Positions 1 to 14,960 of a stretch of DNA of 64,000 bases are shown piece after piece. Made by a program: the position numbers and the translations under genes. Origin of the DNA: Phoronis australis (lineage: Eukaryota; Animalia; Phoronida); contig NMRA01000121.1 of NCBI GenBank assembly GCA_002633005.1, positions 729,506-793,505 on the forward strand, written 5' to 3'. The notes under the pieces are model-generated. The model did not search any database. It saw only the letters and a program-made list of their open reading frames with translations, and was not told the origin of the DNA. Numbering within the stretch: position 1 is the first letter of the stretch; each line of letters opens with the position of its first letter.

Positions 1-3000
1 CTCTCTTATATCCTACTCCAGTGACATCTATGGAGGCTAACCACTTGAGTATGAGACAAGGTCACATAGTTAACCTCTCTTGAGACTGGGGTGATGAACT
101 GATTATCACCTGAGTGTTATTTGCAGGAAACGATGTGACAACTCGGACTGTGCTCATCAGCGTGTCATCAAATTCTGTCATCTCGGGATATTATGCCACT
201 TATTTTTTCACGCACCTTTGGTGATCCATGCTGTTATTCTTATTGCAATTTATTACACTTTTTAAGGGATAATTTGAAATGTTCGTCATAGTATTTATGA
301 TATACAATGATGGTAAAAACTGTCGTTTTAATGTGCACAGTGCAAATCATGGAACAGAATCGGTTAAAAAATTTAGCTGTTGAGAAATTGAATTTTTACT
401 TACATGTCCTATTGTGTGCGTAACTGAACACTGTTCAAAGGGTTTTTGCTTGACATGCTCAAAAGTTCAAATTCAATTTATATTTAAATCAAATTGATGT
501 TTTGATCATTTACATAAAAATTGATCAATTTTTTAATGACACAGCATGACAATGAACTCTTCTAACCATTGTGTTCTGATACAATACATTCCCTCGCATA
601 TCTAATTTTGATTTAAGCTAACTGGATGTTTAATTGATTGTTAAGAAATTCATTCAAAACATTTTGTAAGCACAGCAGGTTGGTACACTTGTTATCCTGT
701 AATCCAGTGATAAATGTTATGCAAATGCAAAGTTTCAAAGTGATATATTAAATTTACATAAATATTGTGTTTAAAGTCCAAAATATAGTTGGCTAAATTA
801 AGGTTCTACATCATGCAAGCTAAGTGTTTCTATTAGCAACCATCTTAAGATTACTTGACAAAAGCACAATTTTTTCTGTTATAAAAAATAGCTTAAATGC
901 TTTATCATTGGTCTTCATAAAAACTTTCTGCCATTTTCCCATACTTCATTAAACTTTTTAAAAAGTAAGTGTACGTTTTGTTTTTTGTCTTTGTGGTCCT
1001 AATTTATATTTCCAAGAAAGTGAGGAATTAACATAATTCATGTATGTATGTATTGTGCTAGAAGTTCAATTTGATACTCATGTTAGGGATTTTTGTCTTG
1101 CTTTGACAGCAAAAAATTTGATAAAAAATTAAAAGACAAGTCGCAAAGTGGATGGTTTACATTTAGTTGTAGAACACACTGACGTGCAACTTAACAAAAA
1201 CTTATGCTCAACTAATTATACCAATGTAATCCAGTGAAAGGTAAAGAGACACGGAAACGTAAAAACTCGTACAAAATATCTTTTAAACAAATCATATCAT
1301 AGCGAATATTGCAAGAATTTGTAGACAGATTCACTATTTTTGAAACACAGATGAAATAGAAACTCTTTATCTCAGTACAGTTTTCAAATTCTCTGCCTCT
1401 AATAATATATATGCACGCATGCGCTCAAAGAACTGGCTGCTGCTTCATATCGCCATTGTTTTTATATACATCAAAGGTCACATTTTCCATCTAAGGGAAA
1501 TGTGCTAGGTCTATGTCTTGCCATACCAAATAAGGAGACATGCTTTTCTGTGTGGGAGAAAAATCAATGAATTGACGAGCAGTAGATAGACTGTTTTATT
1601 GAAATTGGAAACTAAATGAAAAATGCTTTGACATCAATAGAAATTAAAAGTCTTTGTGAACAAACCGTAAAAATACCTGGTGAACAATTTGGCTTCTGTT
1701 TCAGTGGCAAGGAACCACTTTGAATAATGCAATTTAGTCTGTCTCACTTTCCACTTTAACTTTGAATAATGCAATTTAGTCTGCTTTTCACGTTCTGTGC
1801 CACTTTAACTTAACTTGAGCCAGGATTTAGTCATAAAGCTGCATCGCGTTATTATTGGTCATTTTGTCAACTTGTTATGACTACCTTTCTTCAAAACATT
1901 CCTCCAGCATAAGACACAAAATCATAGAATGCACTCTAAATCATCAAAAATTGCTTATTGAGCTTATACATGTATAGATTATGTTCATTTGTCCAACTTT
2001 GTTGAAAATTAGTAGTAGATTTAGATTTTCTGATGTATTCAGTGGTCAGGTTCTTAAAAGTCTGTACTATTGAATTGTGAATGCTTAAGACTATATGATG
2101 CGACATGTTCTTCATTTTACAAGATCCTACAATGCAAAATTGGGAGATTGAGCTAATAAAATCCGTTTTAATGCAATCTATAGAACACTCAAAACTTGAA
2201 GTGGCACTCTGTGATTGTGATACTGAGAAAACTATCAAGAGTGGCTTGTGAAATTATTTTGTACCTGCAAGTTATTTAATGTTGCCGGAACAAAGTGTCT
2301 TAAAGTTCAAGATGTTGTTCTTGGACGGACGTGTGGGGTCCATGCATATAGTCAAACAGTTTTGTTAAATCAACTTGTAGATCATGTTTTCCAAACTATG
2401 AAGTATCCGCATGTAATGTTTGTTAGCTGTTACTAATAAGCAATTCAAAATGAAGTCATGTTTAGTTATTATTAATTTTAATTATTATTTCTACCATTTT
2501 AGGCCTTTTATTATTATAACTAATTACACATTATTTAGCTGACCTAAAGGCCCATTATTGTAACCACCTGTGCATTTACTTAACACTATTATCTCTTTAG
2601 TACTTTAAGCCTTTTATTATAACTAAGTGCCCGTTCCTTCTTACTATTATTTCTAGAATGTTTAGCCTATTCATATCACTAACTGTGCATTACTTAACAT
2701 TATTATCTCTGTAGAATTTTAAGCCTATTATAATAACTAATTACTACATTACCGTAATTATAATAAACCATCGTATCTTTCTGCTTCACTTTTAAAACCA
2801 CCGGCTTAGTCCCCAACTACTTCAGTCTCCAAAATGTCGCCGACATCAAAAACAACTATTTATAAATTGTCTGTCTTTTCATGCCAAAGCTCGGTCAGCC
2901 ATTTGATGCCCTTTTTATTTGCACAGAGCCTCATCGGTGACACATTTGTTGATTTCAGTGATTTTAGTAAGATAATGGTGTTAGTTTTCAATGTCTAAGC

Positions 3001-6000
3001 ATGATAACTTCCCTGTTTCACTCTTGAGTGGTGGAGGTGGTACTTGTCTACTTGTCCCAGTTCGTGCATCACGTCTACGCTTAGAACAGATTGTTGCCAC
3101 GCCTTGGACGATTGACAGTTTTCTCACGTGTTTGCGAATTGGGCGTACTTTGGACTTTGGTTATTGCCATATATAAATGTCAGTAACTTCATTTCAGATT
3201 TTTTTCAATTCTTAAGTCAATGGTTATGCTTCTTGCAAGCTTCTGTTTGAACAAAAATATTGAACTCATCTAATTCCTGATGTTTTGAACTGCTTTCCAT
3301 GTTACCTGTTCTTTAGAGACAATTGAAGGACTGACTTGAAAAATGCCGCATCAGTTTTTTGTTTCACTGTTTAAATACAGGTTGTTTTATGATTTGTAAA
3401 CGGTCATTAATTAGAAATTTAAAAAACTTTATGCTGCATTTGCTTTATAAAAACCTTAAACATTTAGTGGCGCAGTAATTTGCTACAATGCATTGCTGAA
3501 AGAGCATTTGAGATATTCGTTCCACTTCTTTTCAGAAATTTGACCACAAACCATTTTACTTTGAACCTGTCCCTACATGATGCTTTTTCAACGGTTTCAG
3601 AACAACGACACTTAGATGTAGATTTTTGCACCAACAAAATAGCCACTACAGTTGACTGGTATTGACCTTCAGATTTTATGAATTTTTTAAAGTGCAAATA
3701 CATGCATGGCTGAAATTTATGAAATTTTCATATTTTTGAGTGACATCTCTCATTTCTTGGAACTCTTTCTGTGTTCTTAATTGGTGAAAATAAATTAAAG
3801 AATTGTTGCCTTTAAAACTCGTTATACAACAACCCATAGTTCCTATTCATTTCACCTGGTGTTTTGATGGTGGTCCTGTAGAAGGCCACGTGCCAGTCCT
3901 TCTCAATTCTTGTGTGACCCGTTGTGGCTAAAAACGTTTCATCGATGATGGCCATTGTTTAGCCCGACTTGCCTGTGGCTCATAGAGACCTCCGCAGAGG
4001 TATTCAACTTTTGTCTTTTGATGTTCAGTTGTGTCACTTGTTGAAGGAGCTTGAGTTATGAATAAATCTTATGCTCCTCTATAAATTTCTCTGAATAATC
4101 TTTTTATTCATCTTCCAGATTTAGTCTGTTGAACATATTGTGTATCTGAATATTGTCTCTGGTTTATGTGGCAGCTTTAGTCTGGTAGATTTATCGTTTG
4201 TGATCTACACTTCAGTTACTCTCTTGTGGGAATCGGTCTGTCCATCACATAATTCCTTTCTGAATCCATTAAAATGTAATCCTTCAAGTAAGACATACTG
4301 TAACGTAGTTTCAGGGTGACTCCACTGTCATAATCTGCACTCTGTGTATGGTTGTCCCTGCAGTACTCACAAGTATCTGGTGTCCATTTATTCAGTCGTT
4401 ACTCAATTTCAATGTATAACTAGAGTTTCAATACTTTTGGATACGTTTCCTCCAATGTGTAGATTGCTCAGGTATCTTCAGATCAAAGAGAATTGAACAT
4501 GGACGAGTTTTTGTAGTGCGACTTAAGTTATAGTTGATCACACCAAAGGGTTCATTGTTGTTGTAATAAAATGACCAAGTTATATGACCTCCTAGTGAAA
4601 ATGACCCCATGCAGGGAGACTATAAACATTTATGTGTTGCAATGTACATTTCACACCAGAAGTGAGGCCAATGGCTTTCCAAAATTAGGTCAGGTTGAGT
4701 TCAGCTTCCACTAATGCCTGCCTTTCAGCGTTCTCTCCAAACACTTGTTGAGCATCACCCTCAAATTTTGAGCAACAACAGTTAAGTTTATTTGTGACAT
4801 ACTCAGATGTTGAGTAAAAAAACTTGAATTTTCCAATTGTCATCTACTCCAGCTTAACTTGACCATTTTCAGAGTCGCGTTACTGTAAAGTTAAGTTATT
4901 TCCTCTGAATGTGTTAGCGGAATCCACACATCAGGCTAGTAGACTTAAGGAACAGATATTTCTTGAAGAAATCAGTTACTGGTTATATACCCTGTCCAAG
5001 TCATTCCAGAGTCTTTACGCGCCTGACTTTCCTTTCGTATTCAACTCTCGTCTCTATCCTCTGAGTGTTCGGTTGTCAGTAAATATTTAGGATGTGTGTT
5101 CAACCCGCCTAATGAAGTGGAATCAGGCATCCAGATCTTGTTATAACTCATGGAGGCTATGTAGCTTTAGTGCATTAAAATTTCATTGTTTTCTTTTTGT
5201 CACGAAATCAAAAAGAAGGCAAACATTCTTTTGGCACACGTAGCCTGTCTGTTAATGCAGGTTTTGTATAATTAAATGGCCTAGAAAATAAAAAGGTGTT
5301 TCTTTTATTTGATAGATATTGTTAATTTATAAAGTAGCTGTTGACAAAGTTCTTTTTTGGATTATGTTTTTACTAAATAAATATTGACCTTAGGTATTGA
5401 CTTGGGATATGTTTTCATCATTTGCTATCATCGCTGGTACTTACCGGTAGCACACATTTGTATCTGCCAAAGAATTGCACTTTACAGAAACTCGGTTTGT
5501 ACTGGTTTGTATTGTGGCCCCCAGTGGGTAAGAAACTGTGATATTGAAGATTGGGGAAAAACACTCCTAAATATCAAGAAATGTACCTATGATATTACTC
5601 CTCAGCTACCGTCTTGGCAATGAAATTATTGTAGGCCTGTAGTTTACAACACCTACACCGTTTTATTAGTTACAGTTGGTCTATTCAAAAACACAACTCA
5701 GGTACAGGTGGAAGAATACTGTGTTTATGTTGCTATGCGCCATTCTTTCATAATCTTGTAATGTTTCATTCAATGCTGTTACAAAATTGGCAGAACAAAG
5801 AACCTCTATATATTGGCTTGCATAGATTTGAAGGACACGTTTGATTGGCTATTATTTGTGTTAAATGTCATATGAATGTGAGACGTATCAATTACCTGAA
5901 TTACACACCTGGGCTTTGTTTGATAAAGTTGTGCGCTTGTTTGTTTGGTTTTTTGTACAGGCTGATTGACTTGAAAGGGTTTTATGTGAAATTTATTTTC

Positions 6001-8619
6001 ATTTTTAATCTTTGCATTGGTCCTTGACTTTATATGGCCAGTCTTCAAGAATTATTAATGACTTTATTTTTTTATTTTAGTTGTCAATCTGGTTTACACT
6101 GCTAGTGTGTAAACCATTTCATTTGCGGACAATGTTTACAAACCACTCCTTGATTTTTAGTGTTAATTAGTGAGTGTACTAATGTGGTGTTTATCATAAT
6201 GGTAATTCAAATTTGTAACAAGTTAGGTTGTTTCAGTTGAAGAAAAATAGTGAATTGTGTTGTCTCAAACATACAGAAAAATCTGTCGTTTCCATGGTTT
6301 TTTGAATGAACATTTCAGATATCTTTTATGTTTATTATAAAACATGACTGTACTGGCTACTAATACCAACAATGAAATCTTAAATTTCATAGTAATTTCT
6401 TTCTTCTAGTTTTTAATTTTGCTTGTAGCGTTTAATTTCCAATTTAAATGAGGAATTTATATCTATTGAACACCTAGTGTTTTTTTTAATATAAACACTT
6501 CTTGGATTTTGAAACTCAAGCTAAGTTACAGCCCTGGAATTAATTCAGACTCATCATTTGGTTTTCTATTTTCACTGTGATATGGTGACATTCTGTGACA
6601 AAGCTTGCCTGAAATTCTGTGGCATTTTGTGACATTTTGAGAATTCTGTGACAAAATGTGAAAATTGCTGAGCTAAGTAGACTGTTAGAAGTGTTTTATT
6701 GGGTTTACACTTATTTTACGTTACATCATATGATGGTTCATTTTTTTACAAATTTTAAAATTATGGAATGCATCGTCAGTGACGAATATTATTTTGTCTC
6801 ATATATGTGACAAAAGCAAAGTTGATGAGACCTATACAAGCAAAAAGCACCAAAAATTTCAGATGTGACAAATTGTGACTTGCCATTAAATATGAATCCA
6901 TTCTCTCTCTGGTTCTCTCTTGTGACTACTTCAATTAAAAACCTTTTCTGATTTATGAGTGGTTGAAGCATGCTCAAGTTAAACAGCTTTGGAAAGTGAC
7001 GAGTTTCCAGATGTGATTCGCACATACACAAACCGTATTTGCCTACTTCTTCAACGCTCGATATGCAGGCAAGTTTTCAACAAATATCAGACCTTAAAAT
7101 TTGCCTATTTTTGATTTTGAAAAACAATTTACATACCTAGTTTTAACTTGAAGGAAACTGCTTCTACTTAGTACTCCGTAAAATAGTCCTTGTGCCGTGC
7201 TCAACTCTCGACCACAGTCAAGCTCGCCGTTGACGTCGCCTTACATACTCACTGATGTTATCCGATACCCAATGCATAGCACTATATTATTAATCAGATT
7301 AGTACGCAAGCTCTTGTTTTATATCAAAACTGGCGTTCTACTAGTTACACGTTGCAGGTCTGTCTATTGAAATGGCAAATCGCCACTTTCTAAACATGTT
7401 TCTAAAGGCTGGGAAAGAAATGAAAACATGTTTGGAAAGATCAGCTTGATATGTGTATAGGAATTAGAGAATGGGTTATTGCAAAAGTCTTAATTGGATA
7501 AATGCCGCTATTCCTTGGCGTAATTGTGCGCCTTTGTGCAATGTACTGTTTGTGAGAGAATATGTAAACTTCGTTTCATATGTTTTGATATAGTACACTT
7601 CCGTGGGCTACAATGTGGTTGTGTACATAGAAACGTAGAACCATTGACTATTCAGCTTTTGCAGCTCTACTTATGATTGTTTCGTGCTAAATTCAGGGTG
7701 TTTATATCGCTGGGCATTGTATCATGTTGTCGCAAATACAGTGCTGCATTTTTTATGAATCAAAAACATTCTCTTTATCATTCATTTGATCTATGCAATC
7801 ACTGACAATGAACACCCTTCCCAACAATTTCATAGAACAGATAAACTTCAGAGACATGATTGTCTTTGCTGGTAAACCAGATCCCTGGTTGTTTGGTATC
7901 TGAACATTTTTGTGAAATTTTTTTGCCCTCATTTTCCATTGAATATTCACACTCACGGTGAGTTTTCCTAAGATTTCAGCAAGTCAGTTTTGGCGTGTTT
8001 TATTGCTGAAATTTCCCTTTCCAGTCTGCTACATCAAAATTTCAAAAACAATGGAAATGGCAAATTTCAGTCGTGCCATGTTTGGTTATTGGAGTTTTTT
8101 TGTCACTGGTTTAAGTTTTCTTATGGCCTCCTGTCTATAAACCTTGCCTATTTGTGGCCTCCTGTCTATGAACCTTGCTTACTTGTTCTGAGCAAATGGA
8201 GTCTTTCTCTTTCTGTCTCAACAGTCTCTCCTTCTAGTTGTTACTGCCTCCTTTAAAACTACTGAGATTAAATTTTGTAGTTCAACTTTAATTTTGTTGA
8301 CTGTTGGGTTTTTTTTCTGGAAGTGTACAATAGTCTCTATCATATAAATTCACCCCTCACCTCAATAATAAGTTTATGATGTTGAGTAGTTTTATGAGAA
8401 AACGTCGTTCAGTAAAGCCAAGTCACTCACAAGCAAAGTTTTCCTCCACCTCTGATACAAATAATGGAGCTATTTAAGTGATACATGTAATTAAAATGTA
8501 CCTGATGTTCACATGTTTATTATTTATATTCAAGAGTGCAAAAATAAATTGCATATAGTAACTTTGAGTGTGACAACTTTCCTGGAAAATGGGTGTGTTT
8601 GTGTCATTTTTTGGCTTCA

Positions 8620-10197
8620 ACCAAACCACTCTAAGTGAAAATTGGCGTATATGTTCCTACTGTGAAGAGGATGGCTGACGATGGTTTTCCGACGACTTTG
8701 ACTACTGTGGTGCCTAATAGTGGCAGTTTTGTTTTTTGCGCCCATTACTGAATCTCATAAACCCTCTGCAGGATCTTCATTAAGTTTAGCCAATGTATTT
8801 ACATGAAGTTGACAATGGACGACGACGACTTTCAGACGGATCCGATTAACACTGTGCCCCCTAGTGGCAATTTCATTTTTTTCCGTTTTCCTCTGTTTCT
8901 CTGAAGTTCCTTGAGTGATTTTTATGAAATCTGGTGTATAACTTTCTATTAAAGAAACAATGACTTGTTTCCGTTTTCAGATGGATTCAACCTATTTTGC
9001 GCCATCTAATGGCCATTTTTACTGTTTTCTAGTCTGTTTTTGACATTTGCCCCTCTATCAACCAAAACACTCTAAGAATGATTTTGATAATTGGCGTTTA
9101 TGTTTCTACTGTGAAGAGGACAGCTGATGATGATTTTCAGACAACACGGACTACTATGGCGCCTCCTAATGGTAGCTTTTTTGCATCTACGGCTGTATCT
9201 CCCAACCCCTCTGCAGGATCTTTATTAATTCTGGCTAGTGTATTTGTATGAATTTGACAACAGACAACGACGACATTTGGACGGATCCTGCAACTGCTCT
9301 GCCCCCTAGTGGCAATTGCTTTTCTTTTTCCTCTGTATCTTTGAAACTCCTTGGCAGATTTTTATGAAATTTAATAAATAGGTTTCCATTAAAGAGACGA
9401 CAGGTGCCCGTTTTCGGATAGATGCGACTTATAGCGGCCGTTTTTGAGGATGACGTTGATTTCCAGACATGTTCAACTAGTTTGGCACCCGGTTTTGGCA
9501 GTTTTGTTTTTTGCATCCCCTGCTGTGTCTCCTTTACCCTTTGTAAGATTTTTCTGAAATTTAACAGATGTGTTCCTATGGAGATGGCAACAGATGACGG
9601 CAAGTTTCAGACCAATCCAACTGCAGCTGTGCTCCCTAGTGGCAATTTTGTTTATGTTTACCAAATATAACTTCAGAGTTTCTTGATGCTTTTTTATGAA
9701 ATTGGGCCAACAAATTTTCATTATGAAGACCGCACCTTTCCTTTTTGTGATGGAGGTGACATATTCTGCACTAACTAGTGGTCATCTTAATAATTTTTGA
9801 GTCTGTTTTTTGTCGTCGGCTTATTTATCTGCCAAACTGCGTAGGGGATCAGTATGAAAATTGGCAGATGTGTTCGTACTGACAAGAGCATGACTGACAT
9901 GTATTTTCTAATGGGCCCAATTTGGCAGCAGATGGACAAGGTCGACTACCGCTGTGGTTCCTAATGGCAGTTTGTTTGTTTTTATATGTTTGCCTTTTGT
10001 ATCTTTGGAGGTCTTTGACGGATTTTCATGAAATTTTGTGAATAGTTTTGAGAGACAATGACACCTTCCCACTTTTGGATGGGTTGAATATATTCTGTGC
10101 CATCTAATGGCCGTTTTTATGATATAAATAAACACCTATAGATGCACACCGTTTGTGGTGCAGTTGGGCACATTTCAACGCTCTGCATTGCACTTGT
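8620..10197 (+). mobile_element. Helentron-associated non-autonomous element (HINE family A), degraded, with ~150-bp internal repeats
   Basis: Reverse-complement of the 43-46 kb repeat units (cccctagtggcaa, gcgccatctaatggcc, ttttatgaaattt). Ends with a degenerate subTIR and hairpin gttgggcacatttcaacgctctgcattgcacttgt. Confidence 0.75.
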
Positions 10198-11179
10198 AGA
10201 ATTTCAGCTTTGGAGTGTTGAGTTTTATTGACTTGTGGTCAATATGTTTGCCTTGTTAGAATACAATTGGTGAAAATTAGAATTATATTTTTCATTCAAA
10301 CTTTTCTTGCTATTAAACTATAAAACTTTGGAATTGGAATATGTCCCATGAGCTGGAGAACAAAATTTTCTTAATTTTTAAAAAGCATACGATAAACAAT
10401 ATTTTGACTTGAAAATTAAAGATTTCAAAACTCATTGAAGAACAATATGAAAAGCAAATCGTAACATTGTCCGGGTGAACATTAGTTGCAGTAAAAATCA
10501 CAAGGTTCCTGCATTTGAAGTTTTACTTTTTAAATTAGTTTTTGAAAAGGCAATGTAATCCGCCACCTACGCCTCTAATTTTGAATTTGATGATTATAGT
10601 AATGATCTTACGTTTTTGCTGTCAATACTCCTCTCATTGTAATCATTGGTGTCCCTTTTTGCAGATAGGGACATTTTGTATCTGTGCACGTTTTAAATAT
10701 ATAGCAAGTTAAGGTCAGGTGTACTCTTATCCATTAGTCGGTGTATTTACCCAAATATCAAAGATGTTAACTCAGTAAAAGTTTATTTTTTCTGAAAGTA
10801 GAAAACCTTCAAAATTCAATTTTTGACTTAATACCAACTTGCCATTGATCAGGTCATGTGACCCTGTCTTTTTAGTAAAATTTGGCAAAATAGAAAGGTA
10901 CATTCATAGCAAAATAATAGTTTCAATCGCATGACCAAAATTTCTCTTGATATATGTTCAAGATGAAGTCTCAAAAGCGCTGTTACAATTTTCTCACTTA
11001 TAATTTCGTTTTCGTTTTTCATGCAACTGTGTTTTTCATAAAAATCACAAAAGTCCTGTTTTTCATAGCCCATCCTATAAAAGTGGGACATTTTGTAAAC
11101 AGGGAGCAGTAGATAAGGCATAGTATCTAACAGTTTTATGTGAATCCAATCATTCATTTATGAAATATGATGTTCCGAA

Positions 11180-11180
<1 letters not shown>

Positions 11181-11211
<31 letters not shown>

Positions 11212-11224
11212 CATTATTATTATT
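11181..11224. repeat. (ATT)n microsatellite
   Basis: Direct reading, one interruption. Confidence 0.95.
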
Positions 11225-14127
11225 CATACAAGTTCTGCGTATGTTTATGGTATACCGTAAGTAACTTCAACTTTTGATCTTGTTCATTCTGCGATTCTGA
11301 GAGCAGCAATTGTGTTGTTAGCATAGATTAAAAATCTTTGGAAAAAGTCACTTGTAATTTTCTCCGGAGATGAATCTATCCAACTCCTACTGGGAAATAC
11401 TTTATTGTCTCTGGGCTCCGCTGTTGTCAGTAATTCCCAAGACCAGAAATCTCATCTACATAATCTGGAGACTACTTCTGTGGTAAGTGGCACGTATCAA
11501 AAGTGAATGCTTACGGAGGAGGGGTTTGTAGCAGCTTCAAGAATAAGGATTCATTAGTTTGCCATGTCTCCTATCATTTTGGTGATGTAGTTGTCCTCAA
11601 CTTTTACTTATTTAATTGTTTTTGTAATTACATACCATAAATATATTATGGTTACCTCAACACTGGCCTGGTGCATGTTTAACTCCTGACCCCTGTCCAC
11701 TCATTGTGGTCACTTCAATACTGACCCTCCTGTTTGTAGTTACTCTCAGCCCCTATCCACTTGTTACCAACCAGACTTACCTTGAACATGTAAATCTTCC
11801 GTTGTCGTGGTCATGTTTCTTCAACTCCTAACTTGAGAAATTTTCCTTTAAATGCCGTACGTCTCATTCAAGAAAGTATTGCCAAGTTAACTTGTCACTT
11901 TTATGTCCTCTAGGTCCCTTATAATTCTGTCTCCTAAACATGCTGTTTTGCTTCTCTAGCGACCACACTGAAACTTCTTTCAAACTCGTGCTTTAGATTA
12001 GTTGGTTTCAATTCTAAGACGTCCATTCACTGTTTTGTTTTCCACATCAGGCCAACACTGTGCACTTGAAAAGCAGCATGCTACTTGAAGCTAACTGCTT
12101 ATGAATGCAATCTATTGTTTATTTATACAATTACCGATTTGCTTTAGTATTCAGTTGTCAACTGTGGAGCCAATGTTATCAAGTTCATGCTAGATTTTCT
12201 CCGGCTTTGTGTTCAAATTTTATTAGTCGTTTAAAAATGTTTTGTTACTCTTTAAGTACTGTTAAACACTTGTTTTCAATCATAATAATAGCTTCCCTGT
12301 TTGACTTTCTCTACTGGTTGAGTTATGTGGTCTTTTAAAGTTCAACAAAAGCCATTTGGAGTTGATTTCATTTTTATTATATTGTATGCTGGCAAAAATA
12401 TTGATCTTGTCAACATGTCTTGATTTTTTTCTCACACTTGTGTCTCCTTTTCGACATTGCGGGCTGAGACAAGGCTGTGTTAAGCTTTTTTATTTTTACA
12501 AGATGATAAGATGTGTGAAAGAGCTTCACAACACATTTGCAACTTCATATTAATTAGTGTTTTTATTTTGTTGTAGTGCTATTTTCCTTTAGAGTATACT
12601 ATTTATTTATTTATTGTTGCAATGACAACAGGACATTGATCTACAGTCAAATCTCTCCAGTTTAGGATACAACATGGCCAGTAAATGAAATTTCATTTCA
12701 TCACTTTTCCCATTCAGTATATGCAGTACCAGATTAAATGCTTTTCCATATTCAATTCTGTAACTCAGCTACCACCAGACAAAGTTTTGAAAAATTGTGG
12801 GCCTTCACAACAACGTTAGAAGCTCTTGAAAATGAAAAAGGTTCGTTTTGGCAATTATTTTTGTCCAATATCGGTAAGGTTACCGTAACAGGGATAGGAT
12901 TGGAACTTAGGCATCACAAGTCCAAACCACTGCTCAATGCTGCCCTCCTCCTGATTGTCTATCACTTTGTAGGCTTCCCTTGAAGGAATGAGGGAAAAAC
13001 TTACCGTAAGTAATGATGTTCGCTCCTTTGGAATCTGGAATTTCGTCCTTTCTATCATCGATTTTTCAACTAGCATACAAAGTTTATTGGCAGCAAACAG
13101 ATGATTAAACATTAAGTTATTGTTTGTCTTGTTAAAGTTGTTTTGAACTTAATTAAAGAAGTCAAACCTAAGGCAATGCATTCTCATTGTAAACATAAAC
13201 AGAATAAAATGTTTTGTCTTTGTTGAGGTATGATGTCTGAAGGCTGGACTTGTGAGGTCCTAGAATAGAAAAGAAAGACATGTGACATATTTCAGTGAAT
13301 GCTTTCATGTTTCATTGATGCTATGTAAGGTCAAAACAAAATTTGGTGTTTTTGTTTGTGGTAAACTTGTATCATTGCCTAAAGATGCAACATGGGTGAC
13401 TAGAAACTCTTATGAATAACTTTTAGTTTGGCAAGTTCAATGTTACGCGAGGTACGTCATCGACAGTCTTTATGTTATTGAATGTCTTACATCAGTGATC
13501 TACAGCCAAATCCATGTTCTTGAAGGCTAAAATGCTTTAGTTAGTACATTGTATTTTAGCCTTCAAGAAAGTGAATTTTTGTACTTAAAGGGGCCTTCAT
13601 CATGAGAATAGTAATTTTCCGCAACTCTGCGCTACCGCAGTATCAAATCCATTAGCTTTACTGTAGCAGCCAAACCGAACACTCTGCCTCTGAGCTAAAT
13701 CCACCCCGTTGTATTGGAGGGAGTTTTATGGATGTTAAAGTATAAGGACGTGGCTTTGGACTTCAGTGAACATCTGGCTGACAATGGCGAGAATTGGCGA
13801 TTTGTAATAAAATCACAAAAACAATGGAATTTGTTTTACAGTTCTGGTCAAAGGTAATAACTTAAAAAGTCTGTCTCATCTATCAACCTTTTCAAAATTG
13901 CATTTTTGGCTATAAAATCCAACAGAATTTTTGTGACCTTTCTGTCTAATTGCTTTTGAGCCTCTACTTACTTGTGCAGCATGTTATGGTTTCCCTCAAA
14001 AGAGGTCCCTACTTGACCATTTTTCTGTTTTTGGATTTATTACGCATTGTCTTTGACTTATCTCTCAATATCGCTGAGAGTTCAGGTTACTTTTTATCTA
14101 ATTTAGCTCGAAAAAGTTAACTTTACT

Positions 14128-14200
14128 TGCTTAGTTGTCTAGTGATTAGGCTCTAGGTGTTCAACCATAAGGTCGTGGATTCAAGATTCTAGGTGTTGCC
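14128..14200 (+). mobile_element. degenerate tRNA-derived SINE head
   Basis: A-box-like tagttgtctagtgattag and B-box-like ggattcaagat at tRNA-like spacing. No intact cloverleaf. Confidence 0.3.
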
Positions 14201-14359
14201 AGTGAATCAACAGTGTTACCTTAGCTGAGTTCCATACGTGCAAGAATCTTGTGAAGGAAGTTAGGGTGATCTCATGCTTTGCTTTAAATACGTGGCAATA
14301 TTTTTTTAATTCTTCCATAATGTGTTTTTGTGAGATTGTTGCTTCTACATAATGCACGT

Positions 14360-14960
14360 CTCTATAAATAAATGCATAATTACTGTCAGTTGGGACCCTA
14401 TAATACAAGTGCAGTCTATAAATAAATACATAATATCTGTCAGGTGGAACCCTATAATACAAATGCAGTCTATAAATAAATGCATAATTCGTTAGGTGGG
14501 ACCCTATAATACAAATGCACGTCTATAAATGCATAATTACTGTCAGGTGGGCCCTGTCATACAAATGCTCCCATGTCAATCAGCTTTCTACTCTAAATCT
14601 ATTTTGATTTCATTAGCTTCAGCTGGTGATTGAGTCTCCCGTTTTCATTTGTAATATTTCACTTAATTTGCACCTTGATCATTACAGGAGATGTGGTCGG
14701 CCTGCTCTTAGACCTTGACAGTGAGNATAATTTGTTAGGTGGGACCCTATAATACAGATGCAGTCTATAAATAAATGCATAATTCGTTAGGTGGGACCCT
14801 ATAATACAAATGCAGTCTATAAATAAATGCATAATTTGTTAGGTGGGACCCTATAATACAGATACAGTCTATAAATGCATAATTCGTTAGGTGGGACCCT
14901 ATAATACAGATGCAGTCTATAAATAAATGCATAATATCTGTCAGGTTGGACCCTATAATA
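14360..14960. repeat. ~46-49-bp minisatellite, interrupted by a duplicated unique block and an N
   Basis: Unit approximately ataaataaatgcataatt(c/t)gttaggtgggaccctataataca(a/g)atgcagtct, about 9 copies. Confidence 0.9.

Noticed and set aside
127-270. Acceptor-like ttgcag followed by KRCDNSDCAHQRVIKFC, faintly like RSPRY1 ARCDASSFESVRCTFC
   Set aside because: Similarity is far below that of the true exons, the WYYEV and MQIGW motifs are absent, and the frame closes without a good donor.
14128-14200. tRNA gene
   Set aside because: Only degenerate A/B boxes are present and no acceptor stem can be formed. At most this is a SINE remnant.
14540-14726. Second, truncated copy of the RSPRY1 exon start (14688-14725), suggesting exon duplication
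   Set aside because: It is essentially identical to 14961-15146, ends exactly at an N and is bordered by a minisatellite, which is typical of a contig-overlap artefact.
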